A stretch of 64,000 bases of DNA from an uncultured Bacteroidales bacterium (GTDB lineage Bacteria; Bacteroidota; Bacteroidia; Bacteroidales; GCA-2748055). The translations under genes and the position numbers were made by a program. Each line of letters starts with the position of its first letter. The stretch's first letter is position 1. The DNA is taken from assembly GCA_963763215.1 (NCBI GenBank), contig CAVXNX010000023.1, forward strand, positions 110,260 to 174,259, in the 5' to 3' direction. The notes under the pieces are model-generated. The model searched no databases and was not told the origin of the DNA. It was given only the letters and a program-made list of their open reading frames with translations. This document shows positions 11,112-22,102 of the stretch, piece by piece.

Positions 11112-11920
11112 CTACGCCAAAGAAAGCATTAGCTTAATTATTACCACTATAGGTAGTATTTCAAGGGTACAAAGGTACAAAATCAAATAAAATAATAAAA
11201 CTACATTTTTAAATATAAAGATAAGTAGTCTGGTGAGCCGCAGGATGAAAATGACGGCCAGTGATACGAAACTGAGCGTATACAACGATGTCTTGTACAA
11301 GTCCGTGGGTGTAAGCAATGGCCAGTATAAACGGGAGAATGACGATACCCGTGATCTTATTGAAAAGAAAGTTATGAAAGATGTATTCATTATAAAGTTT
11401 ATACTGGTTAAAAATATAGACCGGTCAGTTTTAATATAATGATTCTGAATAATATCCATGCCGAAAGGAACCCTGCCGAAGCCAGAAACAGAACGATTCC
11501 TTTCAGCTTATACGGATACCATGAATAATGTTGCATCAGGAGATACAGGTAGAGTCCTCCCGAAATGACAAAAATGACATTGAAGATAAGAAAGATGCGT
11601 TTTTGAACGATTCCCGGATCGTCGTAGACCTGCACGGCACGCTGATAATTAAAGGAAGCTTCAAAGAGATGGCGGATGTATTTGTCATGGACCAGCCGGA
11701 TCCAGGCCAGGATCATCAGCACCCCGATCAGGATAAAAAGGATCCAGTCAGGGGTGATCTCCCGGTGAAGATTCTGGCTGAACGGGTAGGTATTGCCTGG
11801 TTTGTCTTTTGCCGTCGTCCCGGTTCTGAATACTTCGTTTTGACCGGCGACCATCGTGGTGTCACCAGATCCGGGGATGCTGTCGGATTCATAATGAAGA
11901 AGCGTTGCTCCTGTCTTCAT
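11112..11920 (-). pseudogene. DUF4271-type multi-pass membrane protein, at least two frame breaks in the AT-rich 3' part
   Basis: ORF 11408..12076 (likely start MKTGATLL at 11920, which avoids overlap with deoC) continues in two other frames: QYKLYNEYIFHNFLFNKITGIVILPFILAIAY, then FYLILYLCTLEILPIVVIIKL. The latter resembles the DUF4271 C-terminal motif. It neighbours hemD. Confidence 0.55.
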
Positions 11921-11975
11921 ATGATGTGCAAATGTGACAGCAAAATTAGCAAAAATATACCGTGAATCGGCTTTA

Positions 11976-12827
11976 TCAGAAATATTTTTCTCCCAGCAGA
12001 TGGTTTGCCAGCCGGCTGGCACCGATCCGGAAACGTTGGGGCTTGACCCAATCGTTGCCCAGGATCTGGTTGACAATCAGGTAGTAGCTGATGGCCGAAG
12101 AGGCATCGGAAATACCACCGGCCGGTTTAATGCCCGGCGTTTTCCCGGTAGCCTTGCTGAAATCGCGGATGGCTTCACACATCACGTAAACAGCTTCAGG
12201 CGTCGCCCCGGTTTCGGTTTTGCCGGTCGAGGTCTTTATAAAATCAGCGCCGGCTTCAAGGCACAGCAACGAAGCATGACGGATTTTCGCCGGATCGATC
12301 AGCGAACCGGTTTCGAGAATGACCTTCAGATGCAACGAGCCGGTCAGGCTCTTGATCTTTTTGATCTCATCGAAAACATAACTGTATTTTCCCTCAAGGA
12401 ATTTCCCGACGGGCATCACGACATCAACCTCGTCGGCGCCTTCTTCCAGTACCCGTTCCACTTCCTTCAGCTTGATATCGGTAAAGGTTTGGGAGGAGGG
12501 AAAGGAACCGGCCACAGAGGCGATTTTGACATTTTTCGCTTCGAGGTTGGCCTTTACCAGCGGAACGAAGACGGGGTAAACACAGATCGCGGCAACGTTG
12601 GGAAGTTCGGGGAACTTGGATGGCAGCTGGTTCACCTTCTTGATGTAATTCATAACCCGGGCGTCGGTGTCGGTTACATCCAGGGTGGTGAGATCGATGA
12701 GACTGAAAATATGTTTCATGATCGCCCGGTCCTTGATCTGTGAGCTCCGCGAAACGATCTTCTCGGTTTTTTCACTGACCTCAGCCTGGTTGATGTTTAA
12801 ATTATACTTTTCTTCGAGGTTTATCAT
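11976..12827 (-). CDS. deoC: Deoxyribose-phosphate aldolase
   Basis: 283-aa ORF with LIDLTTLDVTDTD, KVILETG and the Schiff-base lysine context FIKTSTGK. Confidence 0.85.
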   Translation of the reverse strand: MINLEEKYNLNINQAEVSEKTEKIVSRSSQIKDRAIMKHIFSLIDLTTLDVTDTDARVMNYIKKVNQLPSKFPELPNVAAICVYPVFVPLVKANLEAKNVKIASVAGSFPSSQTFTDIKLKEVERVLEEGADEVDVVMPVGKFLEGKYSYVFDEIKKIKSLTGSLHLKVILETGSLIDPAKIRHASLLCLEAGADFIKTSTGKTETGATPEAVYVMCEAIRDFSKATGKTPGIKPAGGISDASSAISYYLIVNQILGNDWVKPQRFRIGASRLANHLLGEKYF

Positions 12828-12853
12828 GTTGATGGTATCTAAGGTTGTATTCG

Positions 12854-13192
12854 TTATGACTGTGACCTGAGTTTATCGTTGTCAAGGTGACGCCGGGAAT
12901 CCCGTGTCGTTTTCTTTTCAAGGTTCCTCTCGAGCGCCCGGGTCAGATCGACTCCGGTTTGATTGGCGATGCAGATCAGCACAAAGAGGACATCGGCCAG
13001 CTCGTCGCCGAGATCAGCGGGTTCACCCGTTTTCCCGGGCGACTGTTCACCGTATGTCCGGGCCATGATCCTGGCCACTTCACCGACTTCCTCGGTAAGA
13101 ACCGCCATGTTGGTCAACTCATTGAAATACCGGACACCATAAGTCCGGATCCACTGATCGACTTTTTCCTGTGCTTCCTTAAGGGTCATCAT
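12854..13192 (-). CDS. MazG-like nucleotide pyrophosphohydrolase
   Basis: 112-aa ORF. LTEEVGEVARI and ELADVLFVLICIAN are the MazG EExxE/D helix motifs. Confidence 0.8.
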   Translation of the reverse strand: MMTLKEAQEKVDQWIRTYGVRYFNELTNMAVLTEEVGEVARIMARTYGEQSPGKTGEPADLGDELADVLFVLICIANQTGVDLTRALERNLEKKTTRDSRRHLDNDKLRSQS

Positions 13193-13641
13193 TCCTTGTT
13201 TTTCGTGTCGATGACAATGGTCACCGGACCGTCATTCACCAGCCCGACGTCCATATGATCTCCGAATATGCCATGGACCGGCTCCCTTCCCGTTTCCTGT
13301 TTGAAAGCTTCCAGAAAGGCTTCATACAAAGGGACGGCCAGAGATGGGGCTGCCGCCCTGATATAAGAAGGACGGTTTCCTTTTTTTGTGCTGGCATGCA
13401 GCGTGAACTGGGAGATGACCATGATCTCTCCGTTGATGTCAGTCACGGATCGATTCATCACGCCATCCTCATCATTGAAGATCCTCAGGCGACAGATCTT
13501 TCCGCAGAGCCATTGCACATCCTCCAGGTTGTCGGCATCTTCAATGCCTGTCAGAATAACAAGACCCGGTCCGATGGCATCACGATGACCGCTCTCGGTG
13601 TTCACAGAAGCTTTTGATACCCTTTGAATTACAGCTCTCAT
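13189..13641 (-). CDS. dtd: D-aminoacyl-tRNA deacylase
   Basis: MRAVIQRVSKASV, GPGLVILTGI, ISQFTLHASTKKGNRPSY. Its stop overlaps the start of the MazG-like gene by 4 nt. ORF track start is 13668; I prefer the internal Met at 13641. Confidence 0.85.
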   Translation of the reverse strand: MRAVIQRVSKASVNTESGHRDAIGPGLVILTGIEDADNLEDVQWLCGKICRLRIFNDEDGVMNRSVTDINGEIMVISQFTLHASTKKGNRPSYIRAAAPSLAVPLYEAFLEAFKQETGREPVHGIFGDHMDVGLVNDGPVTIVIDTKNKE

Positions 13642-13893
13642 CATGTTACGCTTAACAGGGGCGAACAAAATTAGAAAAAATATCCCCGTAACGATTTAAA
13701 ATCACGACCAATTTTATGAAATGGCATAAAGTGGGGATATCCGGTATCATTCCGGGTGTGTGAGGTTTGGAGAGGTCCGGGATATCTTTCCCCTGTTCCA
13801 CGCGCGAACTTTACAGTAAAGAGACTGATAGTGAAGCATTTCAGCGTTCACCGGAAGTGGGGAAAACCGGAGGGGCAGGCAGGCCGGGTCCGT

Positions 13894-14325
13894 TCAGACG
13901 TTCATCGGCTTGTTGAACTGTGCCGAAATGATCTCGTATAACGTGTTTTTGCGGATTGGCTTGGAAATGTAATCATCGCATCCGGCATCCAGGCATTTGA
14001 TCTTATCATCTCCCAGGGTATAGGCCGTCTGGGCGACCACCGGGAGTTCGGGCCGGTACCCTTTGATGTATTCGGTGGCACGGTACCCGTCCATTATCGG
14101 CATTTTAATGTCCATCAGAACCAGGTTCAGGGATGGATTCTCCTTGACGATATCGACGGCCTGCTGCCCATTCCAGGCATGGAGGACTTTAGCGCCCGTT
14201 TTCTGAAGCAGCGTTTCGATATACAGGTAATTGATCTCCTCATCCTCCACGATAAGAATAGTCTTATCTTTCCAGTTCATAGCATCATCCTCACGTTCTG
14301 TCATAGTGCCATATTTTTTAAACAA
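13894..14325 (-). CDS. Stand-alone response-regulator receiver domain protein
   Basis: ILIVEDEEINYLY, LVLMDIKMPIMDG and DDYISKP form the CheY-like D-D-K pattern. No output domain. The start may be the internal Met at 14280. Confidence 0.85.
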   Translation of the reverse strand: MFKKYGTMTEREDDAMNWKDKTILIVEDEEINYLYIETLLQKTGAKVLHAWNGQQAVDIVKENPSLNLVLMDIKMPIMDGYRATEYIKGYRPELPVVAQTAYTLGDDKIKCLDAGCDDYISKPIRKNTLYEIISAQFNKPMNV

Positions 14326-14389
14326 CTACCTTTTACGGAAGGCCTGGATTTTTGTTCGGAAAATCTGGCTACTATTTCGGTCGCTGACG

Positions 14390-15277
14390 TTTTCGATTCT
14401 TTCTGCGGTAATCCGCGCGATCTGCGGGAAAACATTAACCGAAGCATTACCAGGAAAAAAATTCCCGCTGATATCGCTGATTTACGCAGAGGTTTTGATT
14501 GTTTCTGCGGTAATCTGCGCGATCTGCGGGAAAACATTAACCGAAGCATTACCAGGAAAAAATTTCCCGCAGATATCGCTGATTTACGCTGAGGTTTTCG
14601 ATTCTTTCTGCGGAAATCCGCGCGATCTGCGGGAATACATTAATCGAAGCACTACCAGGAAAAAATTTCCCGCAGATATCGCTGATTTACGCTGAGGTTT
14701 TCGATTGTTTCTGCGGTAATCCGCGCGATCTGCGGGAATACATTAACCGAAGCACTACCAGGAAAAAAATTCCCGCAGATATCGCTGATTTACGCAGAGG
14801 TTTTGATTGTTTCTGCGGTAATCCGCGCGATCTGCGGGAAAACATTAACCGAAGCATTACCAGGAAAAAATTTCCCGCTGATATCGCTGATTTACGCAGA
14901 GGTTTTCGATTGTTTCTGCGGAAATCCGCGCGATCTGCGGGAAAACATTAACCGAAGCATTACCAAAAAAATTTCCCGCTGATATCGCTGATTTACGCAG
15001 AGGTTTTGATTCTTTCTGCGGAAATCCGCGCGATCTGCGGGAATACATTTATCGAAGCATTACCAGGAAAAATTTCCCGCAGATATCGCTGATTACCTGA
15101 GTTGATTCGAAACATTTATCGAAGCATTACCAGGAAAAAATTTCCCGCAGATATCGCTGATTTACGCTGAGGTTTTGATTGTTTCTGCGGTAATCCGCGC
15201 GATCTGCGGGAATACATTAAGTCGAAACATTACCAGGGGAAAAAAATTCCCGCTGATACCGCCGATTTACGCTCGGG
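14390..15277. repeat. Tandem array of about 8.6 units of ~102 bp; each unit is a ~27-bp inverted-repeat pair around a conserved ~36-nt loop (BIME/REP-like)
   Basis: Unit boundaries at 14390, 14493, 14595, 14698, 14801, 14903, 15004 and 15173, with an extra half unit at about 15095-15172. Left arm TCTGCGGTAATCCGCGCGATCTGCGGG. Right arm CCCGCAGATATCGCTGATTTACGCAGA (near reverse complement). Linker GGTTTTGATTGTT. Confidence 0.9.
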
Positions 15278-15319
15278 TCAAAGTTTATTTAATTTTCTGA
15301 TGGATAAGTCAAAGGATAA

Positions 15320-16501
15320 CTAAAAGCTGAATTTATACCTGAGGAAACCGAAATAATAATGGTTTCTCCGGATTTGGGCGCCGGGCTGATCCGGGAATTC
15401 ACCGCTGAAAATCTGCATGATGAAGGAGAGCTTCATGTTTTCCTTCAGGGAGTAATCGATATCCGGTCCGGCATAATAGCCGTTCAGAGCCGGGAAATAC
15501 ATTCCGGCCAGAGATGCCGTGAGCAAGGGGGTGACCGGGTAAGAGACATTCGCGAACAGGTTCCACCGTGTGAAGGCAAGTTGGCTGACGTTCAGGGATC
15601 GCTGGTAGTAAAGCAGGAAGTCATTGAGACTGAAGCTTCCCGGGAGTTTCGCATACAGTCCTTCAACCTGTAAATATAAGGAATTCCGGAAGGTATAGTC
15701 GGCTGAAAGATCGATGTAGAAAAGATCCGGTCGTATCCCTGAAATGGTCCTTTGGACCGGAAATAGCTGGTTTCCCCCCTGAAACCGGCACCTTTTACCG
15801 AGCCGGACCAACCCAGCCCGGCCATGAGATCTTCCCCGGCAAAGAGCCCGCCAAGAACCTGGAAATCATAATTCCAGTCGTTGAAACGAAAATAACCGGC
15901 GGCGGTCAGCCTTTTATCCTGGTCAAGTTTTGCGGCCAGCTCCGCATCGGAAGCATAACCGGTATAGTACTGAAGCCTCACGGCATCACTTCCGGGTTTT
16001 TCGATGTAGTCGAAATCAAAATAGTTCTGAACATTGAAAATGTCATTCGGGTTCCAAACAAAGCTTTGTCCCCAGTTGATTCGCTGCCGGCCGACGGTGG
16101 CGACAAAATTCTGATGGGTGTACTGGACATAGGCCCGGTCAATGGTCGAATTCAGAAAAAAGGACTTCTCGTTGAAGATATTCAGCGACAGATCGAGGAA
16201 GGAATTGCCATTGATCGATGTTGCGGGCATATCCGGGATACATCTCGACCGTCTGGCCATACATGAACCTGTTCCTGAACTGAACGGAAGCGGTGAAGGA
16301 TTGAGACGGGTAATAGAAGAGATTTATGCGGTTGTGAAAGAGATTGTCGGCGATCCATTCTCCGTCCATTTCGGTAAACATAACCGATTGCATATTTGAC
16401 AGATATCCATTGATACTGAATTTAGAGGATGAAATATCCTGACCGAAGGCTCCGCCAACGAGCGAAATCACCAAAAACAGAAATGCAATACGCTTCATCA
16501 T
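15320..16501 (-). pseudogene. Outer-membrane beta-barrel protein of the ABC export cluster, two frame breaks
   Basis: ORFs 16139..16501 (signal MMKRIAFLFLVISLVGGAFGQ), 15592..16260 and 15320..15811 are colinear. Contains RINWGQSFVWNPNDIF and ends in the OMP-type terminus FGFLRYKFSF. Confidence 0.6.
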
Positions 16502-16530
16502 GATCCGGGTTTAACGTTCGGGCCTGGAGA

Positions 16531-17244
16531 TCAATGGGTAACTTGCTTTTCGGGATGGCGTTCCTGTTTTTCATCACTGATCACCTTTCCATCTTCAACG
16601 GTGATGATCCGCCTGGCCTTTTTAACGACACGCTGATCGTGGGTTGAGAAGATGAAGGTGATCTTCTCTTCCCGGTTCAGTTTTTCCATGATATCGAGCA
16701 GATTTTCGGTGGATTTTGAATCCAGATTGGCCGTGGGCTCATCGGCCAGGATAAATTTTGGTTTGGAGGCCAGGGCCCTGGCAACGGCAACCCGTTGCTG
16801 CTGTCCGCCGGAAAGTTTTCCCGGCCGGCTGTCGACACGGTCACCGAGACCAACAGCGTTGAGGAGTTCGATCGCCCGGCGGTCGCGTTCCTTTCTTGCC
16901 CTTCCCTGAAGATGCATGATGAATTCAACGTTCTCCTTCGCGGTCAGAACCGGGATGAGGTTATAGGCCTGGAAGACAAAGCCGATGTTTTTCATCCTGA
17001 AGTCGATGAGCTTTCTCGATGAGAGTTGCCCGATGTTGACCCCGTCGATGAACACCTCACCCCTGGTCGCATCATCAAGACCACCGATGATGTTCAGCAG
17101 GGTCGTCTTCCCTGAACCCGAAGGCCCGACAATGGCGGCAAATTCCCCTTCCTCGAACCGGAGGTCGATCCCGTTGACGGCATGAACGGCTACCGCCGAT
17201 TCATCATAGACCTTGTAAAGATTTTTTACCTCAATAATACTCAT
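16531..17244 (-). CDS. ABC transporter ATP-binding protein (LolD/MacB-like)
   Basis: Walker A GPSGSGKTT, signature LSGGQQQRVAVARAL, Walker B ILADEPT. Intact 237 aa. Confidence 0.9.
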   Translation of the reverse strand: MSIIEVKNLYKVYDESAVAVHAVNGIDLRFEEGEFAAIVGPSGSGKTTLLNIIGGLDDATRGEVFIDGVNIGQLSSRKLIDFRMKNIGFVFQAYNLIPVLTAKENVEFIMHLQGRARKERDRRAIELLNAVGLGDRVDSRPGKLSGGQQQRVAVARALASKPKFILADEPTANLDSKSTENLLDIMEKLNREEKITFIFSTHDQRVVKKARRIITVEDGKVISDEKQERHPEKQVTH

Positions 17245-17282
17245 GATATCATTAATTTATATTTTATTTATTTCATTAAAAA

Positions 17283-18509
17283 TTAAGCATCCGTACTGAT
17301 GGCATCTGCCGGATTAAGCTTAAGTGCTTTCAGTGCCGGGTAGACCGAGGCCAGGATCCCCGTAAGGATCACAAGAACCGCAGTCATGACGATCATTTGC
17401 GGCAGGACGACGGTATAAATGACCGAATTATAGCCCAGAGCGGAAAACCCTTCACCGTAAAGTCCGGAAAGGTTGAGGCCGGCTTTATGAAAATATCCGG
17501 CAGCCGCCGTCCCGATCATGATGCCGGCAATGCCGCCGGTGATCGAGAGAAAGACAGTTTCCAGCATGATCATTCCAAAAACCCTTCGCTTGTTCATCCC
17601 GACAGCCATGAGCATCCCCAGCTCTTTCACCCTTTCCAGGACGACCATGAGCATGGTATTTACAATGCCAAATCCAAGGGCCAGCAGAATAATGACAATG
17701 AAAATGTACATGTAATAATCCATGGTCTCTGTCAGATAACTCAATTCCGGCATGATCTGGAACCATTCCCTGACATTCAGTTCGGGACGGATCGTTCGGA
17801 TGGCCGTTGCCACCTTCCCGGAGATATCCGGGTCCTTAAGGTAGACGGCTACTTCATGGGCGCTGTTGTCCGGAAGACCGGTGATTTCCCTCAGATCGGA
17901 ATACCTGACAAAGGCATTGGATTCATCGAAAGGGGTGCTGACCGTTTGGAAAATACCGCCCACCCGGAATTGATAGTATACCGGATATCCATGTGCATCA
18001 AGCATTCCGACCACGAGCTTGGATCCGGTTTTGACGCCGAGTTTATCGGCCAGTTTCTGCCCGATCAGAATCGGCCGGCCGGTCTTCAGACTGTCGAGGT
18101 AATTGCCTTCGATAACTTTATCATGAAGATCGGTGACATGCGATTCAAGCGGGGCTCAACGCCGTAAAGTTTTACGCCGCTGCCTTTTTCGGCCGAATTG
18201 ATCATGGCATTGACCATGATCCGCCGGCTGGAAGCCACGACCCCAGGCATGGTATCAATATCCTGCAGCAGGGTAGTCGGAGCCGGTAAAATAATTTTTG
18301 ATATCATTGACTTTCATAAAGTCTGGAGTATGGACCTGGATATCAGATACCTGTGTTTTTATGGCTGAATCAAGTCTCTGGTTAGCCATGCCCCGCATAA
18401 AGGCCATTGAAAAAACGCCGGCAAAGATCCCAAGGGCAATGGCAGTGATGACAACACCGCTTCGAAGTTTGTTTCTCCAGATATTTCTCCAGGCTATTGA
18501 CCAGATCAT
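17283..18509 (-). pseudogene. FtsX-family ABC permease, frame-broken
   Basis: N-terminus MIWSIAWRNIWRNKLRSGVVITAIALGIF (18255..18509), middle piece 18086..18307, C-terminal FtsX domain 17283..18014 ending LKLNPADAISTDA. Confidence 0.8.
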
Positions 18510-18528
18510 AATTTCGGTTTTTAATATT

Positions 18529-19750
18529 TTAATCCCTTATGGCTTTGATGGCTTTCATATTTCCCACATTGAAAAAGGGATAGAGAGAAATGACAATGGT
18601 GATGATCATGACGGTGATTACCTGGTTCAGAAATACTTTGGGGGCGACGGAAAACATGAATACCGGCTGAATCCCCATGTCGGTCATCGCCTTTGCAGCA
18701 TCTCCGGTTATCGGTATGGGGTTGTGCAGCATATAAATGATCAGGGGAATACTGGCAATCAGACCGGCCAGAACACCGATAATTCCCATATAAATGGTTT
18801 CATAAATCAAAACACTGCCCAGCTTGTATTTTTGCATTCCCACAGCCACCATAATGCCCAGTTCTTTTCGCCTTTCGGCCATCATCATCATGATGGTCCC
18901 GAGGATGCCAAATGCAATGACCATATAGAGAATAGCTTTCATCACGATTCCGCCGGCACGGTCCCCATTGATCATCTGCACCATCTCGGGTTGCATTTCA
19001 TCCCAGCTCATGACCGAATACCTGTTGGTATCAAGAATTGTGTTTCAGCTGTCTCATCGCCGGTTTGACATCCGAATAGTCCTTCACCATGAGCGACCAG
19101 TGAGGTAAGAAGGCCGCGTGCAGAAAAAAAATGCTGCGCCCTGCCGATTTCAAGGTAAGCAAAATGTTTGTTCAGTTCCGGTGAGGGAAATGCAGAATTC
19201 CCCGTATCACAAATTCATCTGCCACCGTATTTCCATAATAGCCCTGGCTTAGCAAAGCCAGGGTATCATTAACCCCGACATTCAGGTTCTCGGCCAGGCC
19301 TTCGGCCAAAAGGATCCCTTGTCATGTGGGTGTGAGATAATTTCCGCTGGCTTATCCAACGTGAAAGATCGGTGACCTGTTTTCTTTTTCCGGATCGACT
19401 CCTACGATCATTGCCGGCTGGGTCAGATCTCCGACCGAAACCAGGGCGAAAGATTCAAGCCTCGGGGTGACAAAGGTGACCTCCGGGATCGGATTTTATT
19501 TTCCTGTAAAGGGTGTCAGTGGCTTCAAAGGAATTATAAGGGTCTTATTTTCCCAGTAATTTTTATCATGAACCTGGATGTATCCGCTGTAAAATTTCAC
19601 CACATTATTGATCATATTGCTGTAAGAACCTTCCTGCATGGAACTCATCAGGGTGGCAAAAAGTACGCCGAAAAAAATGGATGAAACGGTGATCATTGTC
19701 CTGCGACGGTTTCTCCAGAGATTTCTCCATGCCATTATATAATTCTTCAT
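18529..19750 (-). pseudogene. Second FtsX-family ABC permease, heavily frame-broken in the middle (19011-19496)
   Basis: N-terminus MKNYIMAWRNLWRNRRRTMITVSSIFFGV (19496..19750) and C-terminal FtsX domain (18529..19011) ending MKAIKAIRD. No ORF of 60 aa or more joins them. Confidence 0.7.
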
Positions 19751-19786
19751 GCCGCTGATTTTTTGGATGGGTTATCTGAACCCGTT

Positions 19787-20535
19787 TCATATTCTGGATC
19801 GAGAAAAATCATCATCGATATGGATATTGAATTTTATATTCTCAAATATCATCGTGGTTTCATGATCCTGTCTTTTCCACAGGAACCACCGTGAATTTCG
19901 TCGGAATGGTCCGGTCTCCCACATCCCTGATCTCGCGAAAGAGTCTTCCCTGTTGATCAGCTTTCCGGATTCGTCATAGTATTCATTTTTCAGGTGTAAG
20001 AAATGATCCTTCGATATCCAGGTAATGATCTTTCCCCAGACTACCGGCGCATTTTCATGAGGGATCATCTCAATTTTGATAGCAGTCATACCCAGAAACC
20101 TTTTCCTGCCCGATGATCTTATGATCATAATCATCCACGATGGAGGATTCCTTCACAAGATCATCATTCGTAAGATCAGATCCCATCCAGGATTGCATCA
20201 TCATTGAGGGAGGGATCTTGATCATCCTGTCAATGGATGGCAGCCAGTTCCACATTTCATTGCCCCGTTTCAGAAATACCTGGCCGGCTTCCTGCGCCGG
20301 GGAGGTAATGTATATAAGTGCATAATCGGATCCTTTCATCCAGGATTTGAAAGACATGGATCGGTCCCATTTCGGCCGGTGAATGGTCATTTTTACTTCG
20401 GAATAATTCGACTGTCCCTGCATCAGGTCGTGTGCTTTCTGCACGATTTCTTTTGCTGAAAGATCCTGGCCGGATGTATTGGTTCAGAACCATAAGTAAA
20501 AGATAAAATAGTGACAATAAATATTTGAAATTCAT
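19787..20535 (-). pseudogene. LolA-like outer-membrane lipoprotein-sorting protein, frame-broken
   Basis: Signal MNFKYLLSLFYLLLMVLN. Pieces 20070..20444 (SNYSEVKMTIHRPKWDRSMSFKSWMKG, NEMWNWLPSIDRMIKIPPS) and 19787..20134 follow. The 3' end is approximate. Confidence 0.6.
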
Positions 20536-20546
20536 AATGATAATAT

Positions 20547-21122
20547 TTAACAATACATTTCAATAAGTTTTTTTTTCACTTTTTCCAGCGGATAAAAATC
20601 CGGATTCAGCAGATAATTAAAGGATATCCCGTCGAGCATGGATCCGAAGATCATGGCTTCTGTTTCAGGGTCATCATAGCCGGCCTCCTGAAATAACTGA
20701 TCAGAATGCGATACATTTCCCGGTAAATGTTGCTGATTTCATCACGGACGATTTTCATGACGCTTGGCTGTGTAATCACAGAGAAATAAAGACTCCAGAA
20801 TATGCGGTTATCGGAAATCATCCTGAATGTTTCTTCGATCATAAAACGAAATTCATCACGGGTCAGGATCCCATCATGATCCGGGATCAAAAGGGACGAC
20901 GATTTTCTCGATGCCCTCCCGGAAAATTTCCTTCAGAAACTCTTCTTTGCTGTTGTAATAATTGTACATTAATCCTTTCGAAATGCCGGCCTTTTTGGCA
21001 ATCAACCTGATGGTCGTGGAATAGTAGCCATCGATGGCAAAAAGTTCCAGGGCGGCCTGTTTGATCAGGATCTTCTTGGCTTCCCGGATTTCTTCAAACT
21101 GTTCTTCGGTCCGGGGTGACAT
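20547..21122 (-). pseudogene. TetR/AcrR family transcriptional regulator, two frame breaks
   Basis: HTH region AALELFAIDGYYSTTIRLIAKKAGISKGLMYNYYNSKEE (20874..21122). Continues in 20651..20890, and by my translation to AGYDDPETEAMIFGSMLDGISFNYLL...LIEMYC with a stop at 20547-20549. Confidence 0.75.
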
Positions 21123-21265
21123 CGTTACAACTTTATTTTGAAAGATAATTTATTATTGATTGAACGCACGGTCAAAGATAAAATCAAAAAAGCTATGTCA
21201 AGAAATCGGATTTTTAAAAAAATGGACGGAAAATATCATCAACCTGGAATGGAATGTGTGTTAAA

Positions 21266-21789
21266 TCAGACTTCTTTACCCTGGGGTTGTCCGGCGAATT
21301 CATCAAGATAATCCTGAAAATTTCCTTCTTTTTTGGCATCGATCAGGTTTTTAATTCGCCTATTGACAGTGACATGGTTTCTGGGATTGAGGCAATAATC
21401 TGAAAAAATAAGATACCCATGATAGGCTATATTGTCTTCACCGGGTTTTTTTCATTCGGCACTCAGGACATAACGTGTCATCGATGCCATAAAGAGAATA
21501 ATAATTCCGGGTTGTCATTTGCGATTTTCCCGATAGGTTCATTCAAGGGGAACAGAAAGTCCGGTGTTCCCTGCATCCAGTCGACAAGAAAATGCATGGC
21601 GTCGCTTTTGTTCGTATTTTCCTTGTCGATGGGAACGGAGAGGATATAATTGGCAGCTTCCAGGGCGGCATCTTCGGCTTTGGCATAATCTTCCGGCTTA
21701 TCAAGACGGATATTTGCATAAGTCATCTTTTTCTGGGCATGGATCCCGGTAAATGCAAACAGAAACACGGCGATCAATAAATTTTTCAC
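21266..21789 (-). pseudogene. Secreted hypothetical protein, one frame break near 21480
   Basis: Signal MKNLLIAVFLFAFTGIHAQ (21478..21789). My translation of the next frame continues KKPGEDNIAYHGYLIFSDYCLNPRNHVTVNRRIKNLIDAKKEGNFQDYLDEFAGQPQGKEV with a stop at 21266-21268. Confidence 0.45.
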
Positions 21790-22102
21790 GTTCTTTCCTT
21801 TTATGATTTAGAATTCCGTATCACCTCGGTCCATAAGCCGGTTTTTGACGGTCTTTTCCTGAACTTCAGAGTATATACTTAACACCGCAGGCGGCGAAAT
21901 CGTTTGTTTTTACGGAAGAAATCGATCCGCCGTCATATCTGTCGCGTGTTCCCCATCATAAAAAGGGAGGTTTTCTGATTTCATCGTCTGGAAACGTTGT
22001 AAAACAATTTGTCTCTTATCCTTGTTACCCGTATGTTGCCTTTGATTTCTTATTTTTAAAAAGTTTAGAAATGGTGTTCTTCAGCCCTTTGCTACGGCTC
22101 AT

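Noticed and set aside
11112-11459. AT-rich ORF 11112..11459 as an independent, possibly foreign gene
   Set aside because: Its C-terminal part carries the DUF4271-like LYLCTLEILP motif. With one more shifted frame it is colinear with ORF 11408..12076, so it is the 3' part of the same membrane-protein gene.
14179-15048. ORFs 14179..14592, 14231..14695, 14301..14549 and 14857..15048 as protein-coding genes
   Set aside because: They lie entirely in the tandem repeat and translate to reiterated peptides (for example FPADIADLR, ICGKTLTEALPGK) on both strands. They are translation artefacts of the repeat.
14390-15277. CRISPR array interpretation of the regular repeats
   Set aside because: The sequences between the repeated arms are themselves conserved from unit to unit, so there are no unique spacers. 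Successive arms are in inverted rather than direct orientation, and no cas genes are nearby.
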